DNA of 36,256 nucleotides from an uncultured bacterium (GTDB lineage Bacteria; Zhuqueibacterota; QNDG01; DTFT01). The position numbers and the translations under genes are program-made. A model generated the notes under the pieces. The model had not been told where the DNA came from. It saw only the letters and a list, made by a program, of their open reading frames with translations, and searched no databases. Location: positions 1 through 36,256 of the forward strand of contig CAVTNR010000026.1 in assembly GCA_963736115.1 (NCBI GenBank), in the 5' to 3' direction. Positions 25,041 through 35,613 of the stretch are shown here, in pieces; within the stretch, counting starts at the first letter, position 1; each line of letters opens with the position of its first letter.

Positions 25041-28014
25041 GTGAAAAAAATCCTATTACGGACAACCCTGCCGCTGCTCGCGGCATTTCTCTGCCTGCAG
25101 ACCGCAGCGCGGTCCAACGCCGCCTCCATCGTGGATGACCTGAACAGGACCGTGATCGTCACGGGAGCGGACGCATCCGGCCTGCTCGGCAGACCCGTCT
25201 CCGGCATCCGCCTTTACAGGATTCGAAACAGCGTATGGGAACCGGTCCCCTTCCAGATCGACGAGACGGACGGTTCCGGGGACCTCGAGGGTGCAAAAAA
25301 CGGGATATTGGACGCATCGGATGAAATCGTGTTCCTGTCGCGGGACGCTGGAGACGAAGCGTACACGAACGAATGGCCGGACAATGCCGAAGCGCGGGCC
25401 AATCCCAGGTTCCGCCTCGCGGTCACGGACGTCGCAAGGCCCGGATGGCGGGCGGACGTCTATGCTTTTCTCTCATCCACTCTCCCGCTGTCCGGCGTCC
25501 GGTACGTGCGGTACGATCCTGCCCAGGATCTCGTGGAAACGGACCTGTACCAGATCGTCCACGGCTCCAGCCACGGCTTTCAGGAAATCCTGAAAATCCT
25601 GCCCGGGAGCCGGAGGCGACAACATCGATTTTCTCGACAAGCAGAAGCTCCGCCTGAAAATCCACATCGCCCAGGTCAACAAGGACATCATCCTGCGCGA
25701 GATCATGGACCAGGACGTGGAACTGATCAAGGGATTTTCAATACGCGTGAAGGTGGGGAAAAAACGGGCGGCCGCGGTGCAGAACGCGGTGGTGCGCCTG
25801 AACCGTGTTCTCGTGATGGAGATCAAGGCCAGCGGCAGCTTTCTGGGAAACGACGTCGGATTCGAGGACAGCCTCCGGTTCAGGACCGTGTACGAGCCCG
25901 CGGCCTCCTGGCTGCGCATCGGCCCGATCCCGGTGCCGGACGCGGACGAGTTTGATCCTCTGGCCGTCCGTCTGTCCTGCGACTGGAACACCTCGGCTTC
26001 CGGCATGCGGTTCTACAACGCGGTCAACACCGGCGGAATCCTGATCAACGGAAATCCGGACAATCCGGATGCCTCCCTTCCCTGGCCCGGGGAAAACGGG
26101 TATCTCGTCACCGCGGACCCGTCCGGTTCCGGCGCGGTTCGGAACGCATCGGTCGTCGGCATCTGGAGCCTCCGGGGAAACCCGCCGGGAAACTCGCACA
26201 CGATCTATTACAAGGACGACTCGTCTTACGAGAGCAGTGACACAGGCGACAAGCGGTCGTACGGGGACTTCGGCATTCAGGTCTGGCAGGACCCGATGCG
26301 CGACACACTCGACGTGCGCAATACGATGATCTATTTCCCGTCCGCAAAAACGTGGCCCGAAGCGGAGGCCGTAGTCTCGGCGTGGACGCAACCGCCTGTC
26401 GCTGTCGCGTCAATCGAGAAGAGGACTCTGCCGCTGGCTGTCACCGTCGTGCCGGCAGGAGCAGGATCCGTGATCGTGGGGCCGGAGGGCGCGGCATACC
26501 CGGACAGCACCGTGACTTTGACCGCGACGCCCGCGGCTGGATTCGTGTTCGCCAGATGGGAAGGGGATCTCTCGGGAACAGACAATCCCGCATCCCTTCT
26601 GATGGACGGCCCGAAGGCCGTAACCGCCCGGTTCGTCGCGGTCAGACGGATCACCGTATCCACCGATCCTCATGGACTCTCATGCACCGTGGACGGAACG
26701 GTTTTTTCAACACCGGTTGTCTTTGAATGGGTTGAAGGATCCACCCATCATCTCTCCACGGATACCGTGATCCCGACTTTCCAGCGAACTCGGCTACGGT
26801 TCATCGAATGGAATGACGGAAGCGTCAGTGACCGCTCGTACACAGTGGGCGCCTCCGATGACTCCTTGACCGCCCGTTTTAGACAGCAGTATCTCGTGAA
26901 CGTAGGGTTTGAACCCTCTGCCGGAGGGTGGGTATCCGGTGCGCCTTCGTCTCCCTGGCTTGATTCCGGATCGGCCGTCCGGCTCACTGCCGTGCCCGCG
27001 GAAGGCTTCACATTTCTCCGCTGGCGTTTCGATTGGGGAGGTGTCCCTTCCGCTGAAAACCCCATCGACCTGACAGTGGATAGCCCCATATTGATCGTCG
27101 CACAATTCAGCAACCGCCCGCCCGTTGTGCACGCCCCGGATACCTCCTTCGCGGAGGATGAAGCCCTGATTCTGCCGGATCCGCTCATCCGGTCCTGGGC
27201 CTCTGAAGGGAATGATTCTCCGGCCTATCTCGTATTCCGCTTTTATCCGGGCCCGGCGCTTCTCGTGGATACCATTGCCATAGGCCTGCGCATCCGGACC
27301 GCTGTTCCGGACTGGAACGGAACGGAAAAACTGATCATGGTCGCCGGCGATCCGGGCAGAGGCGAGGGACGGGACACCCTCACCATCACCGTCACCCCGG
27401 TTCCGGATCCGCCTTCTGATTTCAATCTGCTCACCCCGGTCGCGGATCATGTGTTCCCGGAAATACCGGACACCCTGCGTTTCGAATGGGAACCCGCCTC
27501 CGACCCGGATGGGGAGGCCGTCTCTTATACGTTCCGGATGGATACGGCCGCGGCTTTCTCGAGCCCGCGCCTTCTGGTCTATCCCCGGCTTTCGGGTTTC
27601 CGATTGGACATCCCCTGGCACAAGGGATGGACCCCGGGCGGCTATCACTGGACCGTCACCGCTTCGGACGGCACCGGCCTGGAAACCACATGCGCAAACA
27701 ACTTTTCTTTCAGTCTGGATTTCATCGAAACACCCGCGTCTTTCGAACTCAGGCAAAATTTCCCGAATCCCTTCAATGCGGGAACAGACGTGGAATTCGG
27801 GCTTCCTACGGCGGGCCGTGCCAAAGTGCAGGTGTTCGACATCCGGGGCAGGCTGGTGCGGACTCTGGCGGACGACTCCTTCACTGAAGGATTCACGACC
27901 GCGCATTGGGACGGATCGGACGACGACGGCAGGCGGCTGGCTTCCGGCTTGTACGTGATCCGCATGACAGCAGGCCGTTTCCACGGCTCCCGCAAAGCGG
28001 TGCTGCTGCCATGA
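25041..28014 (+). CDS. Large secreted protein: unknown N-terminal domain, InlB-B/Ig-like repeats, FlgD-Ig/T9SS-type tail; one +1 frameshift at ~25606
   Basis: Signal peptide; WEPVPFQIDE..DEIVFL; VTLTATPAAGFVFARWEGD and VRLTAVPAEGFTFLRW repeats; ELRQNFPNPFN...GRLVRTL...WDG.DD.G..LASGLY. Removing one G at 25605-25607 joins ORFs 25041 and 25705. Confidence 0.85.
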
Positions 28015-29126
28015 AACCCGGACTGCTCCGAAGGCCGATCGGGATCGCGGCATGCGCAGGCCTGATTATCGGGACCGGACTATCCGCGTCCGCGGGACGG
28101 ACGACGGCGCCTTCCACACCCCCCGCCGGACCAATCGCCGTCGAATACCACGGGCTCTGCGACGCGTCCGCGGCCGCCTGGCTAAGCGATTCGCTTTTCA
28201 TCATTGCCAATGACGAGGACAATACGCTCCGCGTCTTTCGCCTCGGAGAACCGGATCCGGTCCGCTCCATTCCGCTGGGCGCCTTCCTCCGGCCGGACAT
28301 AAAAACGAAAAACCCCGAAGCGGACATCGAGGCAGCGGCTGTACTCGGCGATCTGGTGTTCTGGATCACATCCCACGGCAGGGACAAGGACGGAGACTGG
28401 CGGCAGAACCGACACCGGTTGTTCGCGCTCCGCATGGATCCCGGCCGTCCGGACAAACCCGTACCCGCGGGGTCGGCGTATGACCGTCTTGTCTTCGACC
28501 TGCTCGCGGATCCGGGCCTGTCCGGGTTGGGCCTGCAGGAAGCCGCGTCTCCGTCTGTTCCCCGAAAAAAGAACCTGGCGCCGAAGAAAAAGGGACTGAA
28601 CATCGAGGGCCTGTGCCGCATTTCCGGAACCCGTTCCCTGTGGATCGGCTTTCGCAATCCCGCGCCGGGCGGCAGGGCTTTGCTCATCCCTCTCCTCAAT
28701 CCGGAGGATGTTGTTCTTTCGGGGAGCCCGTGCCGTTTCGGAAAACCGGTTCTGCTCGATCTCGGCGGCCTGTCGATTCGAGACATGATCACAATCGAAA
28801 AAGCCGGGACCGTCTGGATCATCGCAGGCCGGACGGACGGGACTCCGGATTTCAAACTATTCACCTGGAGCGGCAGGCCCGGTGATGCGCCGGTCCAGGC
28901 CATGACCGGACTGGAATGGATGGCCGCGGAATCCTTCACGCCTGAAGCGATACTCGCAGGGCCGGGCGGAAAGGGCGCGCTCCTGCTCAGCGACGACGGA
29001 GAACGGCTGATGACCGATCCGGAAGGATCCGACTGCCCGTGCAAAAAACTGAAGAGGATGACGGACCGCGGATTCCGGGCCGCCTGGCTGCCCTCATTCG
29101 GGACCCAATCAGGAGGAAAACCATGA
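28011..29126 (+). CDS. DUF3616-like secreted beta-propeller protein
   Basis: CDASAA, IANDEDN, DIEAA, WITSHGR, LNIEG, IGFRNP, LLSDDG motifs; ATG overlaps the upstream TGA. Confidence 0.75.
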   Translation: MKPGLLRRPIGIAACAGLIIGTGLSASAGRTTAPSTPPAGPIAVEYHGLCDASAAAWLSDSLFIIANDEDNTLRVFRLGEPDPVRSIPLGAFLRPDIKTKNPEADIEAAAVLGDLVFWITSHGRDKDGDWRQNRHRLFALRMDPGRPDKPVPAGSAYDRLVFDLLADPGLSGLGLQEAASPSVPRKKNLAPKKKGLNIEGLCRISGTRSLWIGFRNPAPGGRALLIPLLNPEDVVLSGSPCRFGKPVLLDLGGLSIRDMITIEKAGTVWIIAGRTDGTPDFKLFTWSGRPGDAPVQAMTGLEWMAAESFTPEAILAGPGGKGALLLSDDGERLMTDPEGSDCPCKKLKRMTDRGFRAAWLPSFGTQSGGKP

Positions 29127-31219
29127 ACTATCGGAAGCTTTTCATCGCGGCCTCGCTCCTGGCGTTCGCCGCTTTCTGGACCGGCTGTACCCAAAAACAG
29201 GGGGCTGATCCCATGACCTTTATCGGCCGGGAATCCATCGAGATAACCGTCACGGATTTGACCGTGGCACACGGAAAGAACCAGGAAACCCGCATCCGCA
29301 CGGGCGTGGAACAGGCGGCGACTTTCTGGCGCTCCGAAGACGGAACTCCGGATGCATTCGCCTCTTTCTGCGCGGAGCACTTCATCTCCGATCCCGCGAT
29401 TCTGGAGAAAACGTTGGCCCGCTTCGAGGGGAATTTCGAGGCCCTGTACGGCCATCTTGCGGAGACCAGCCGCGAGTTGAACGTGCCCATGGACCTGGAC
29501 ATCGGCCCCATGCTGCCGGTCGACTATCTGTTCGCGGAATACGCGCCTTTCGCGCACGTGAACGAGGACCTGTTCAAGACGAAGCTCGCATTTACCGCCC
29601 TCCTGAACTTCCCTCAAACGACTCTGGAGGACAAAATCCGAATGGCCGCGGGATGGTCGCGCCTGGAATGGGCTGAAGCCAGGCTCGCCGACACCTTTGA
29701 CGCGAGGGTCCCGGCCGAAGTCGGACAGGCGCTGAACGCGGCCTATGTATCGGCCAACGATTACATCGCCAATTACAACATCTGGATGCACCATCTGGTC
29801 GATTCGTCCGGCCGCAGACCCTTTCCGGAAGGGCTCAAGCTCATCAGCCACTGGGGCCTGAGGGACGAAATCAAGGCCCTGTACCCGGTCCCGGACGGAC
29901 TCGGCCGACAGCGCCTGATCCGGACCGTGATGGAGCGCATCATCCGCCAGGAAATTCCGAAGGCCGTGATCGACAATCCGGCCGTGGACTGGAATCCGGT
30001 GACGAACGCTGTGGCCGCCTCCCCCGTGCGTGACGCAAACACGCCGGAGTCCGCGAAACCGGCCGCGGAGGCCGTATCGTCCGAAAGCGAGAAAGACGGA
30101 CGCTACGCGACTTGGCTCGCCATCGCGGCCGCTGAGCGCATGGCCGATCCCTATTATCCTTCCGCGCCCACGCTTCCGGACCGCCGCTTCCGTCTGGACC
30201 GCGAGATTCCGGAAGCGGAGGTCGAGCGGATTCTGACGTCCGTCTGCGGTTCGGAGGAATACAAGCGAGCCGGACGGCTGGTCGAAAAGCGGCTCGGCCG
30301 GCCGCTCGAACCCTTTGACATCTGGTACAACGGGTTCAAGCCCAGGCCTTCCGTTCCCGAAGCCGAGCTGGACCGCATCGTCACATCACGGTACCCGACG
30401 ATCGCCGCTTTCGAGGCGGACATCCCCCGGCTTCTGACCCGGCTGGATTTCTCGCCTGCGGACGCTGCCTTCATCGCGTCCCGGATCCAGGTGGATCCGG
30501 CGCGCGGCGCGGGCCACGCCATGGAGCCGGGCCGGCGCGGAGACAGCGCCCGCCTGCGCACTCGGGTTCCCTCGGCCGGCATGAATTACAAGGGATACAA
30601 CATCGCCTGCCACGAGCTCGGCCACAACGTGGAGCAGGTGCTGTCCCTGAATCGCGTGGACCACACCCTTCTGCGCGGCGTTCCGAACACCGCTTTCACC
30701 GAGGCCTTTGCCTTTGTCTTTCAGGCCCGCGACCTGGAATGGCTCGGCCTCGGAAAGCCGGATCCCACAAGCCGTGACCTCGAGGCGCTCGATGCGCTTT
30801 GGGCAACGGCTGAGATCTCGGGCGTGGCTCTGGTGGACATGAAGGTCTGGAGGTGGATCACGGAACATCCGACCGCGTCTCCGGCCGAGCTGAAATCCGC
30901 TGTTCTGGACACGGCCGCGGCCGTGTGGAACACGTATTTCGCGCCTGTGTTCGGCGTCCGTGACGTCATTCTGCTCGGCGTGTATTCGCACATGATCGAC
31001 GCGGGCCTGTACCTTCCGGATTACCCGATGGGGCACGTTATCGCTTTCCAGGTCGAGCGCTATCTGGAGGGGAAAAAGGTGGGTCCGGAGATGGAACGGA
31101 TGTGCAGACTGGGATCGATTCTGCCGGGCGCGTGGATGAAAGCGGCCGTGGACTCTCCGATATCCGCTGAGCCTTTGCTCAAGGCCGCGGCCGCGGGCCT
31201 GGAAGCGCTCGGGGGATAA
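29123..31219 (+). CDS. Lipoprotein, probable gluzincin-type zinc metallopeptidase
   Basis: AGGAGG RBS; lipobox FWTGC; HELGH followed about 20 residues later by PNTAFTEAFA; GAGHA motif. Confidence 0.75.
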   Translation: MNYRKLFIAASLLAFAAFWTGCTQKQGADPMTFIGRESIEITVTDLTVAHGKNQETRIRTGVEQAATFWRSEDGTPDAFASFCAEHFISDPAILEKTLARFEGNFEALYGHLAETSRELNVPMDLDIGPMLPVDYLFAEYAPFAHVNEDLFKTKLAFTALLNFPQTTLEDKIRMAAGWSRLEWAEARLADTFDARVPAEVGQALNAAYVSANDYIANYNIWMHHLVDSSGRRPFPEGLKLISHWGLRDEIKALYPVPDGLGRQRLIRTVMERIIRQEIPKAVIDNPAVDWNPVTNAVAASPVRDANTPESAKPAAEAVSSESEKDGRYATWLAIAAAERMADPYYPSAPTLPDRRFRLDREIPEAEVERILTSVCGSEEYKRAGRLVEKRLGRPLEPFDIWYNGFKPRPSVPEAELDRIVTSRYPTIAAFEADIPRLLTRLDFSPADAAFIASRIQVDPARGAGHAMEPGRRGDSARLRTRVPSAGMNYKGYNIACHELGHNVEQVLSLNRVDHTLLRGVPNTAFTEAFAFVFQARDLEWLGLGKPDPTSRDLEALDALWATAEISGVALVDMKVWRWITEHPTASPAELKSAVLDTAAAVWNTYFAPVFGVRDVILLGVYSHMIDAGLYLPDYPMGHVIAFQVERYLEGKKVGPEMERMCRLGSILPGAWMKAAVDSPISAEPLLKAAAAGLEALGG

Positions 31220-31264
31220 ACAGAAGCGCCAAAACCGGATCAAGTGTTCCGTTGATCGGCTCTG

Positions 31265-31303
31265 AAAAAAAGAAAGCCGGAGGATTCATCCTCCGGCTTT
31301 TTT
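31265..31303. terminator. Bidirectional rho-independent terminator
   Basis: A-tract, AAAGCCGGAGGAT-TC-ATCCTCCGGCTTT, T-tract, between convergent genes. Confidence 0.9.
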
Positions 31304-31366
31304 GATTGCCGCTTGCGCATGGGCAGGAGCCCCTGCGCAGAACCGATTCTGATGACTGCCGCCCGA

Positions 31367-32239
31367 TTACAGGATCAGCCGCCCCTGAATGGTGACGAAA
31401 GTGCCTTCGATTCCCGTGAAATTGGGATAGTAATGTCCGAGAACCCCGATTTCGAACCACATGGAATCCGTCATTTCGAATATGGCGCTCATGCCCACGA
31501 TGTAGCCCAGTGCCACCAGGGGATTCTGTGCAATAAGCTCGTTCCCGACTTTGGTGTATCCCTGTCGATCCGAAATGATCGGATAGCCGATTCCGTATCC
31601 CATGTCCACGGTGAAATTCTTGTCCAGATACTTGCGGCCGAGCACGAGGATGTTCCAGAAATACCAGTCCGGGCTGTCATAGCTGTAGAAAAACCGGGTG
31701 TTGACGTCGAAATTGTTCCTGAACTTGATGCCGATCATGCCGCCGCATCCGAAGCTCGGATCCAGGTATTTCTGCAGTTTACCGACAGGGATCATGATTC
31801 CGGCCGTGGGGCCGAGGTACACGTTCCGGCCGCGGTAAGGGGAATAATCGGGGAATCTGGATGCTGCCGGCCTGTCGATCGGCATGTCGCTCACGCGCGG
31901 CAGATTCTGCGCGGTAAGTCGCACCTTCATGACGAAATCGCCGGGCTTGAAATTAACGAGAGGCGCGCCTTCCACAATCTCGATCCGCGCCAGGTTGTTG
32001 CGGACCTCGGTGATTTTAGCGCGGCTGATTTCCTTCCAGGAGTTGTTCCGCATGCGCATGATGCGCACGGTATCGCCCACGCGCAGGCCGGCGTAACGTC
32101 CGCCGCTGACCACGGCCACGGAACCGTTACTTTCGATGACATGTACGTCCTGGCCGGCCGCTTCCCCCAGAAGAAAAAAGATCAGCGACAAGCACAGCAA
32201 CGGGAATGCCGTCTTACCCCTAAGACCTGTTCCCATCAA
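31367..32239 (-). CDS. Hypothetical protein, probable outer-membrane beta-barrel with N-terminal soluble beta domain
   Basis: Signal peptide; GL.VGD.V.I / A.I.EV / F.PGD.V N-terminal domain; amphipathic aromatic- and Gly-rich strands in the C-terminal half. Confidence 0.6.
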   Translation of the reverse strand: MMGTGLRGKTAFPLLCLSLIFFLLGEAAGQDVHVIESNGSVAVVSGGRYAGLRVGDTVRIMRMRNNSWKEISRAKITEVRNNLARIEIVEGAPLVNFKPGDFVMKVRLTAQNLPRVSDMPIDRPAASRFPDYSPYRGRNVYLGPTAGIMIPVGKLQKYLDPSFGCGGMIGIKFRNNFDVNTRFFYSYDSPDWYFWNILVLGRKYLDKNFTVDMGYGIGYPIISDRQGYTKVGNELIAQNPLVALGYIVGMSAIFEMTDSMWFEIGVLGHYYPNFTGIEGTFVTIQGRLIL

Positions 32240-32453
32240 GTACTCCCTTTAACTATTGCCGGTAAAAATAATATTACAGAATGCAATGTTTTTTACCGCA
32301 AGTGAACGATTTCCGGCCTTTTCAAAAGAGTTATTTCTCATTTTCTAATCTATGCAAATGTTATACCAGATGACAATACGACCCATTTCTACTCTAAGTC
32401 ATTCATTATCAATTAAATGTATCGTTTCTCTGTGGCTTCTTTCCATCCATGTC

Positions 32454-32966
32454 CTAACCTTTTCTTCGTCTTTCCTTGATCACCACGGTTTCAGCAACGC
32501 GGTCGTGCACAGTCTGTCGATTGGGATGCAGGAAATATTGCAGAAAACCGAAACCGAATTCCAGCGAGGAGAGGGCATATCCCAGGGCCCTCTCGATGCA
32601 CTGCCAGAGGGTCAGCCGGTCATGGGACAACGAAACGATGCGCAGTCCGAACACGCGTTTTCCGATCGTACGGCCGTTCCAGAGCCGGGGTAAAAGACCG
32701 AAGTAAAGGGCAATCAATACGATTCCGACGGGATCCTCGAAGAGCTCGATATGAACGGAGCCGGTCTCCCCTTTCGGAGTCAGGGCTCCGGCCCCGAAAA
32801 GGCCCTGGATCGCGGTCACGCCGAACCACAGACCGATGACCGCCGCGATGTCCGTGAACCACGCCGCTGCTCTGGCCCGGAAAGAACCGAGCGGTATTCC
32901 AGCCATGGCCCGAACCCTGTCCGTGCCGGGGGGAGTCAATGTTCTGGACTTCATATCGAATTTCAC
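32454..32966 (-). CDS. RDD family membrane protein
   Basis: R.AA.F.D, YF.......GRTIGKRVFGLRIV, Q.VHDRVAETVV. AGGAGG precedes the GTG at 32966. Confidence 0.9.
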   Translation of the reverse strand: MKFDMKSRTLTPPGTDRVRAMAGIPLGSFRARAAAWFTDIAAVIGLWFGVTAIQGLFGAGALTPKGETGSVHIELFEDPVGIVLIALYFGLLPRLWNGRTIGKRVFGLRIVSLSHDRLTLWQCIERALGYALSSLEFGFGFLQYFLHPNRQTVHDRVAETVVIKERRRKG

Positions 32967-33280
32967 CGGAGGCCTCCTGTGTTTGATACTGATAATATTT
33001 ATAAAATCGTCATTAAAATCAAGTGTTTTCAGACGGCGGGACCCGGCTTCCGGCAACCCTTTCGGCACCGATTCGTATCGTAGGATGACACCGGAACGGA
33101 ATGGATCCGTCGGATCATGCATCGAGACCCCTTCGCGGCTGAAAGGCAATACTTTATGATTTGCAAAGAAATCGGATCATCCGTATATTTCACGGGCCCG
33201 TCGGCCTGCGCGCCGCGTTCCGGTACGCAGCCTCGGACAATGCCCGGCCGGGGAGTCACGGGATCGAAAGGGACTTGGAT

Positions 33281-33928
33281 ATGAGCGAACCGATCGGTAA
33301 AACCATACTGTCAGATCTGCGTCAGAGCGACCTCCTGCACACCCTGCATCGCGACCTGAAGGACATATACGATTTCTACCTGGACCGGGAGACGCGCGAA
33401 CGGCTGTCGCGCATGGGACGCGTCAAGCGCTGGTTCCACATGGCCTGGTGGCTGGTGAAGAGCATGTTCTACAAGCTCACGTCCGTGCGCCGCCTGATGG
33501 TGGTGCTGGCCGTGGTCATCGCCTTTTCCTCCGGCCAGGTCGCGTACAACGGCGAGCATTTCTCCTGGCACAGCGACTTCAAGGGGGTCGGATTCCTGAT
33601 TCTGCTCGTGGTGCTGATGCTCGAACTGAAAGACAAACTGCTGGCCCACGACGAACTGCTGGTGGGACGCAAGGTCCAGGCCGCGCTCATGCCCCTCGAC
33701 AATCCCGTGTTCCGGAACTGGGACATCTGGCTCTACACGCGTTCCGCCAATGAGGTCAGCGGGGATCTCGTGGATTATCTGCGGCTCTCGGAGGACCGGC
33801 TCGGCGTGGCGCTCGGCGACGTGGCCGGCAAAGGTCTGGGCGCGGCCCTGTGCATGGCGAGGGTGCAGGCCACATTGCACGCGATCGCGGCCGATTTCCG
33901 ATCCCTGGCCCGGCTCATGACCCGGATT
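33281..33928 (+). CDS. PP2C/SpoIIE (RsbU-like) phosphatase with two TM helices, truncated at the junction
   Basis: VQ.ALMP, A.EVSGD.VDY, ALGDVAGKGLGAALCMA. The C-terminal half (N.GH, TDG, DD) is missing. Confidence 0.88.
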
Positions 33929-34312
33929 GCGCTTCAGTTCTTCGGAGCAGAATGCGGCCTGGCTAGATGGAAAGCGGCCTTTCCATAAACACAGGTCAAG
34001 GAACGCATTGCCAGTAGGCACAAGCGCAGCAGATGCGCGTTCTATTGCTGCGGCAGACACTCCTTTTTCTGCCCATTTCGTCAGGACGTATTCTTTCTTT
34101 CCGGCGATCTGGCGAGTGAAATCAGCCCTGACGGTGCGAATCGGAAATACCTTGTCGTTCAGGTATTGAACGTACTCATAGGTTATTTCGTGTTCGTTGC
34201 CGGTGTCTGCGAAGACAGCCTGCATGTTGTCAGGCTGGCGCTCGATAGCCAGCAGAAGAAGTGCAGTCGAATCCTTGCCTCCGGATACGCTGATAATGTT
34301 GTGTTCGCTCAT
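33922..34312 (-). CDS. Phage phosphoadenosine phosphosulfate reductase family protein, truncated at the junction
   Basis: IISVSGGKDSTA (PP-loop), VFADTGNEH, KGRFPS....FCSEELK.NP. The remainder of the called ORF is antisense of the phosphatase gene. Confidence 0.85.
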
Positions 34313-34872
34313 ACGAACGCGCCGTCTCGGTAGGTTTTTAGAAGGTGACCATCTGCCGTGCAGATACCGTCAGATACCATCTGCTCGATGCAAGCCTTGA
34401 ACCGGTGGTCACGATCGGCCGCATCGAATATGAAAGCCAGGTGCGCAGCGGTGCGCGGATGAGTAGCCCAGTGCGTGTCGATTCCATCATGGATTTTTCC
34501 GGCGCCGATCGAATCACCGAGGCGCTTCGCCATCACGCGCTGATGCTCGACCTCTTCTGGTGTCTGCTTATGGGTCAGTGATGGAACCTTCGGCCCGATA
34601 CGCTTTGCGACGTCTCTGCATAGATCAGCGAATTGCGGTGCGTTCGGCGGAAAGTCGCGAGGCAAGTTCTTCAAGGCACCAGCGATTGCGTCCAGGTTGT
34701 CCGCAAACCCAGCGAGCTCTTCGGCCCACGCTTCTTTGGCGCCAAGTATTCCGACATCGACGTCGTTTTCGACGCGGCTGAACTTGGCTGTGAATTGGTT
34801 TCCATACGCTCCGAGAAGTCTGTCAAAGATTCTGGCTACAACACGGTCGTTAAGTCGTGGTGTGGTGGTCAT
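34309..34872 (-). CDS. Phage replication protein, lambda-P-like position (putative helicase loader or accessory)
   Basis: RIF.RL...YG..F..., W.EELAGF, PP..PQF.DLCR; directly downstream of the initiator-like gene. Confidence 0.65.
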   Translation of the reverse strand: MTTTPRLNDRVVARIFDRLLGAYGNQFTAKFSRVENDVDVGILGAKEAWAEELAGFADNLDAIAGALKNLPRDFPPNAPQFADLCRDVAKRIGPKVPSLTHKQTPEEVEHQRVMAKRLGDSIGAGKIHDGIDTHWATHPRTAAHLAFIFDAADRDHRFKACIEQMVSDGICTADGHLLKTYRDGAFV

Positions 34873-35612
34873 ACGATTTCCCCTTGGATCAGTTTTTCTG
34901 TGTTCTGCATCGGCGTCCCATAGATTGCCCTCATGGTCGCCTCGCTGTTGCGTTGCTTCTCGCTTTTGAAGCCATTTACCTGCTGCGTCACAGCCTTCTC
35001 ATTCCGCACCCATGTTCGCCAGGTTGCAGACCAATCGACTTTCCTTGCAGCAGCCCCACCCTTGGCACTCCAGTAGTCTCTGAAGTTCTCGACAACCCTG
35101 CTGACTTGCAGTTCTGGCCTCTCGGTTTTGCAGTAGGAAACTTCTGCTTCGCTAGGGCTCCAGTCAGCAGGCAAACGCGTAGCGGTTGCACCTACGCTTT
35201 TGACTTTAGGTTTACTAATGGGTATTGGGTTATGGGTAGCATCGTTTTTTGGTTCGTTCGCATTGCGGTCGGAATGCGTTCGCAATGCGTTCGCATTGTT
35301 TTTCTTCTTGTCCCAACGCGCGTTTGCGCTTTCCCTGGCCCTGGCTGACTTGCCGTAGAACTCGGCTATCACTGCATCGCAGCGTGATTGATGCCACTTT
35401 CCGTCATGCAGGAAAAAGAAATGCTTCAGGATCTGCTCAACGTCTGCGGCATTCGACCCGATCTTGAATGCGATCGCATTGCAATCGGTATCCAATGGCT
35501 GTTCGGTCGCATAGTATTCCCAGATCAGGCGAAGGTAGGCCATACCCTGAGAATCTGTAAGCCTGGCTGTATCCTTGATGAAGTCGCCGATGTGGTGCGG
35601 GTAAAACTTCAT
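34869..35612 (-). CDS. DUF1376/YdaU family phage replication initiator (O-like)
   Basis: MKFYPHHIGDF..DT..L.....AY.RL...YY..E.PL; C-terminal RLPADW.P...FRDYW.......K.DW.ATWR.WVR. Confidence 0.88.
   Translation of the reverse strand: MKFYPHHIGDFIKDTARLTDSQGMAYLRLIWEYYATEQPLDTDCNAIAFKIGSNAADVEQILKHFFFLHDGKWHQSRCDAVIAEFYGKSARARESANARWDKKKNNANALRTHSDRNANEPKNDATHNPIPISKPKVKSVGATATRLPADWSPSEAEVSYCKTERPELQVSRVVENFRDYWSAKGGAAARKVDWSATWRTWVRNEKAVTQQVNGFKSEKQRNSEATMRAIYGTPMQNTEKLIQGEIV
35255..35298. repeat. Four tandem 11-bp repeats, candidate replication-origin iterons
   Basis: CGTTCGCATTG, CGGTCGGAATG, CGTTCGCAATG, CGTTCGCATTG within the linker-coding part of the initiator gene. Confidence 0.75.
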
Positions 35613-35613
35613 T

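Noticed and set aside
33311-33921. C-terminal 200 aa of the called 333-aa PAPS reductase ORF, suggesting a novel fusion
   Set aside because: It is only the antisense reading of the phosphatase gene beyond the junction.
33915-33935. Prophage attachment site
   Set aside because: The junction cuts an internal phage gene, with no integrase or tRNA nearby.
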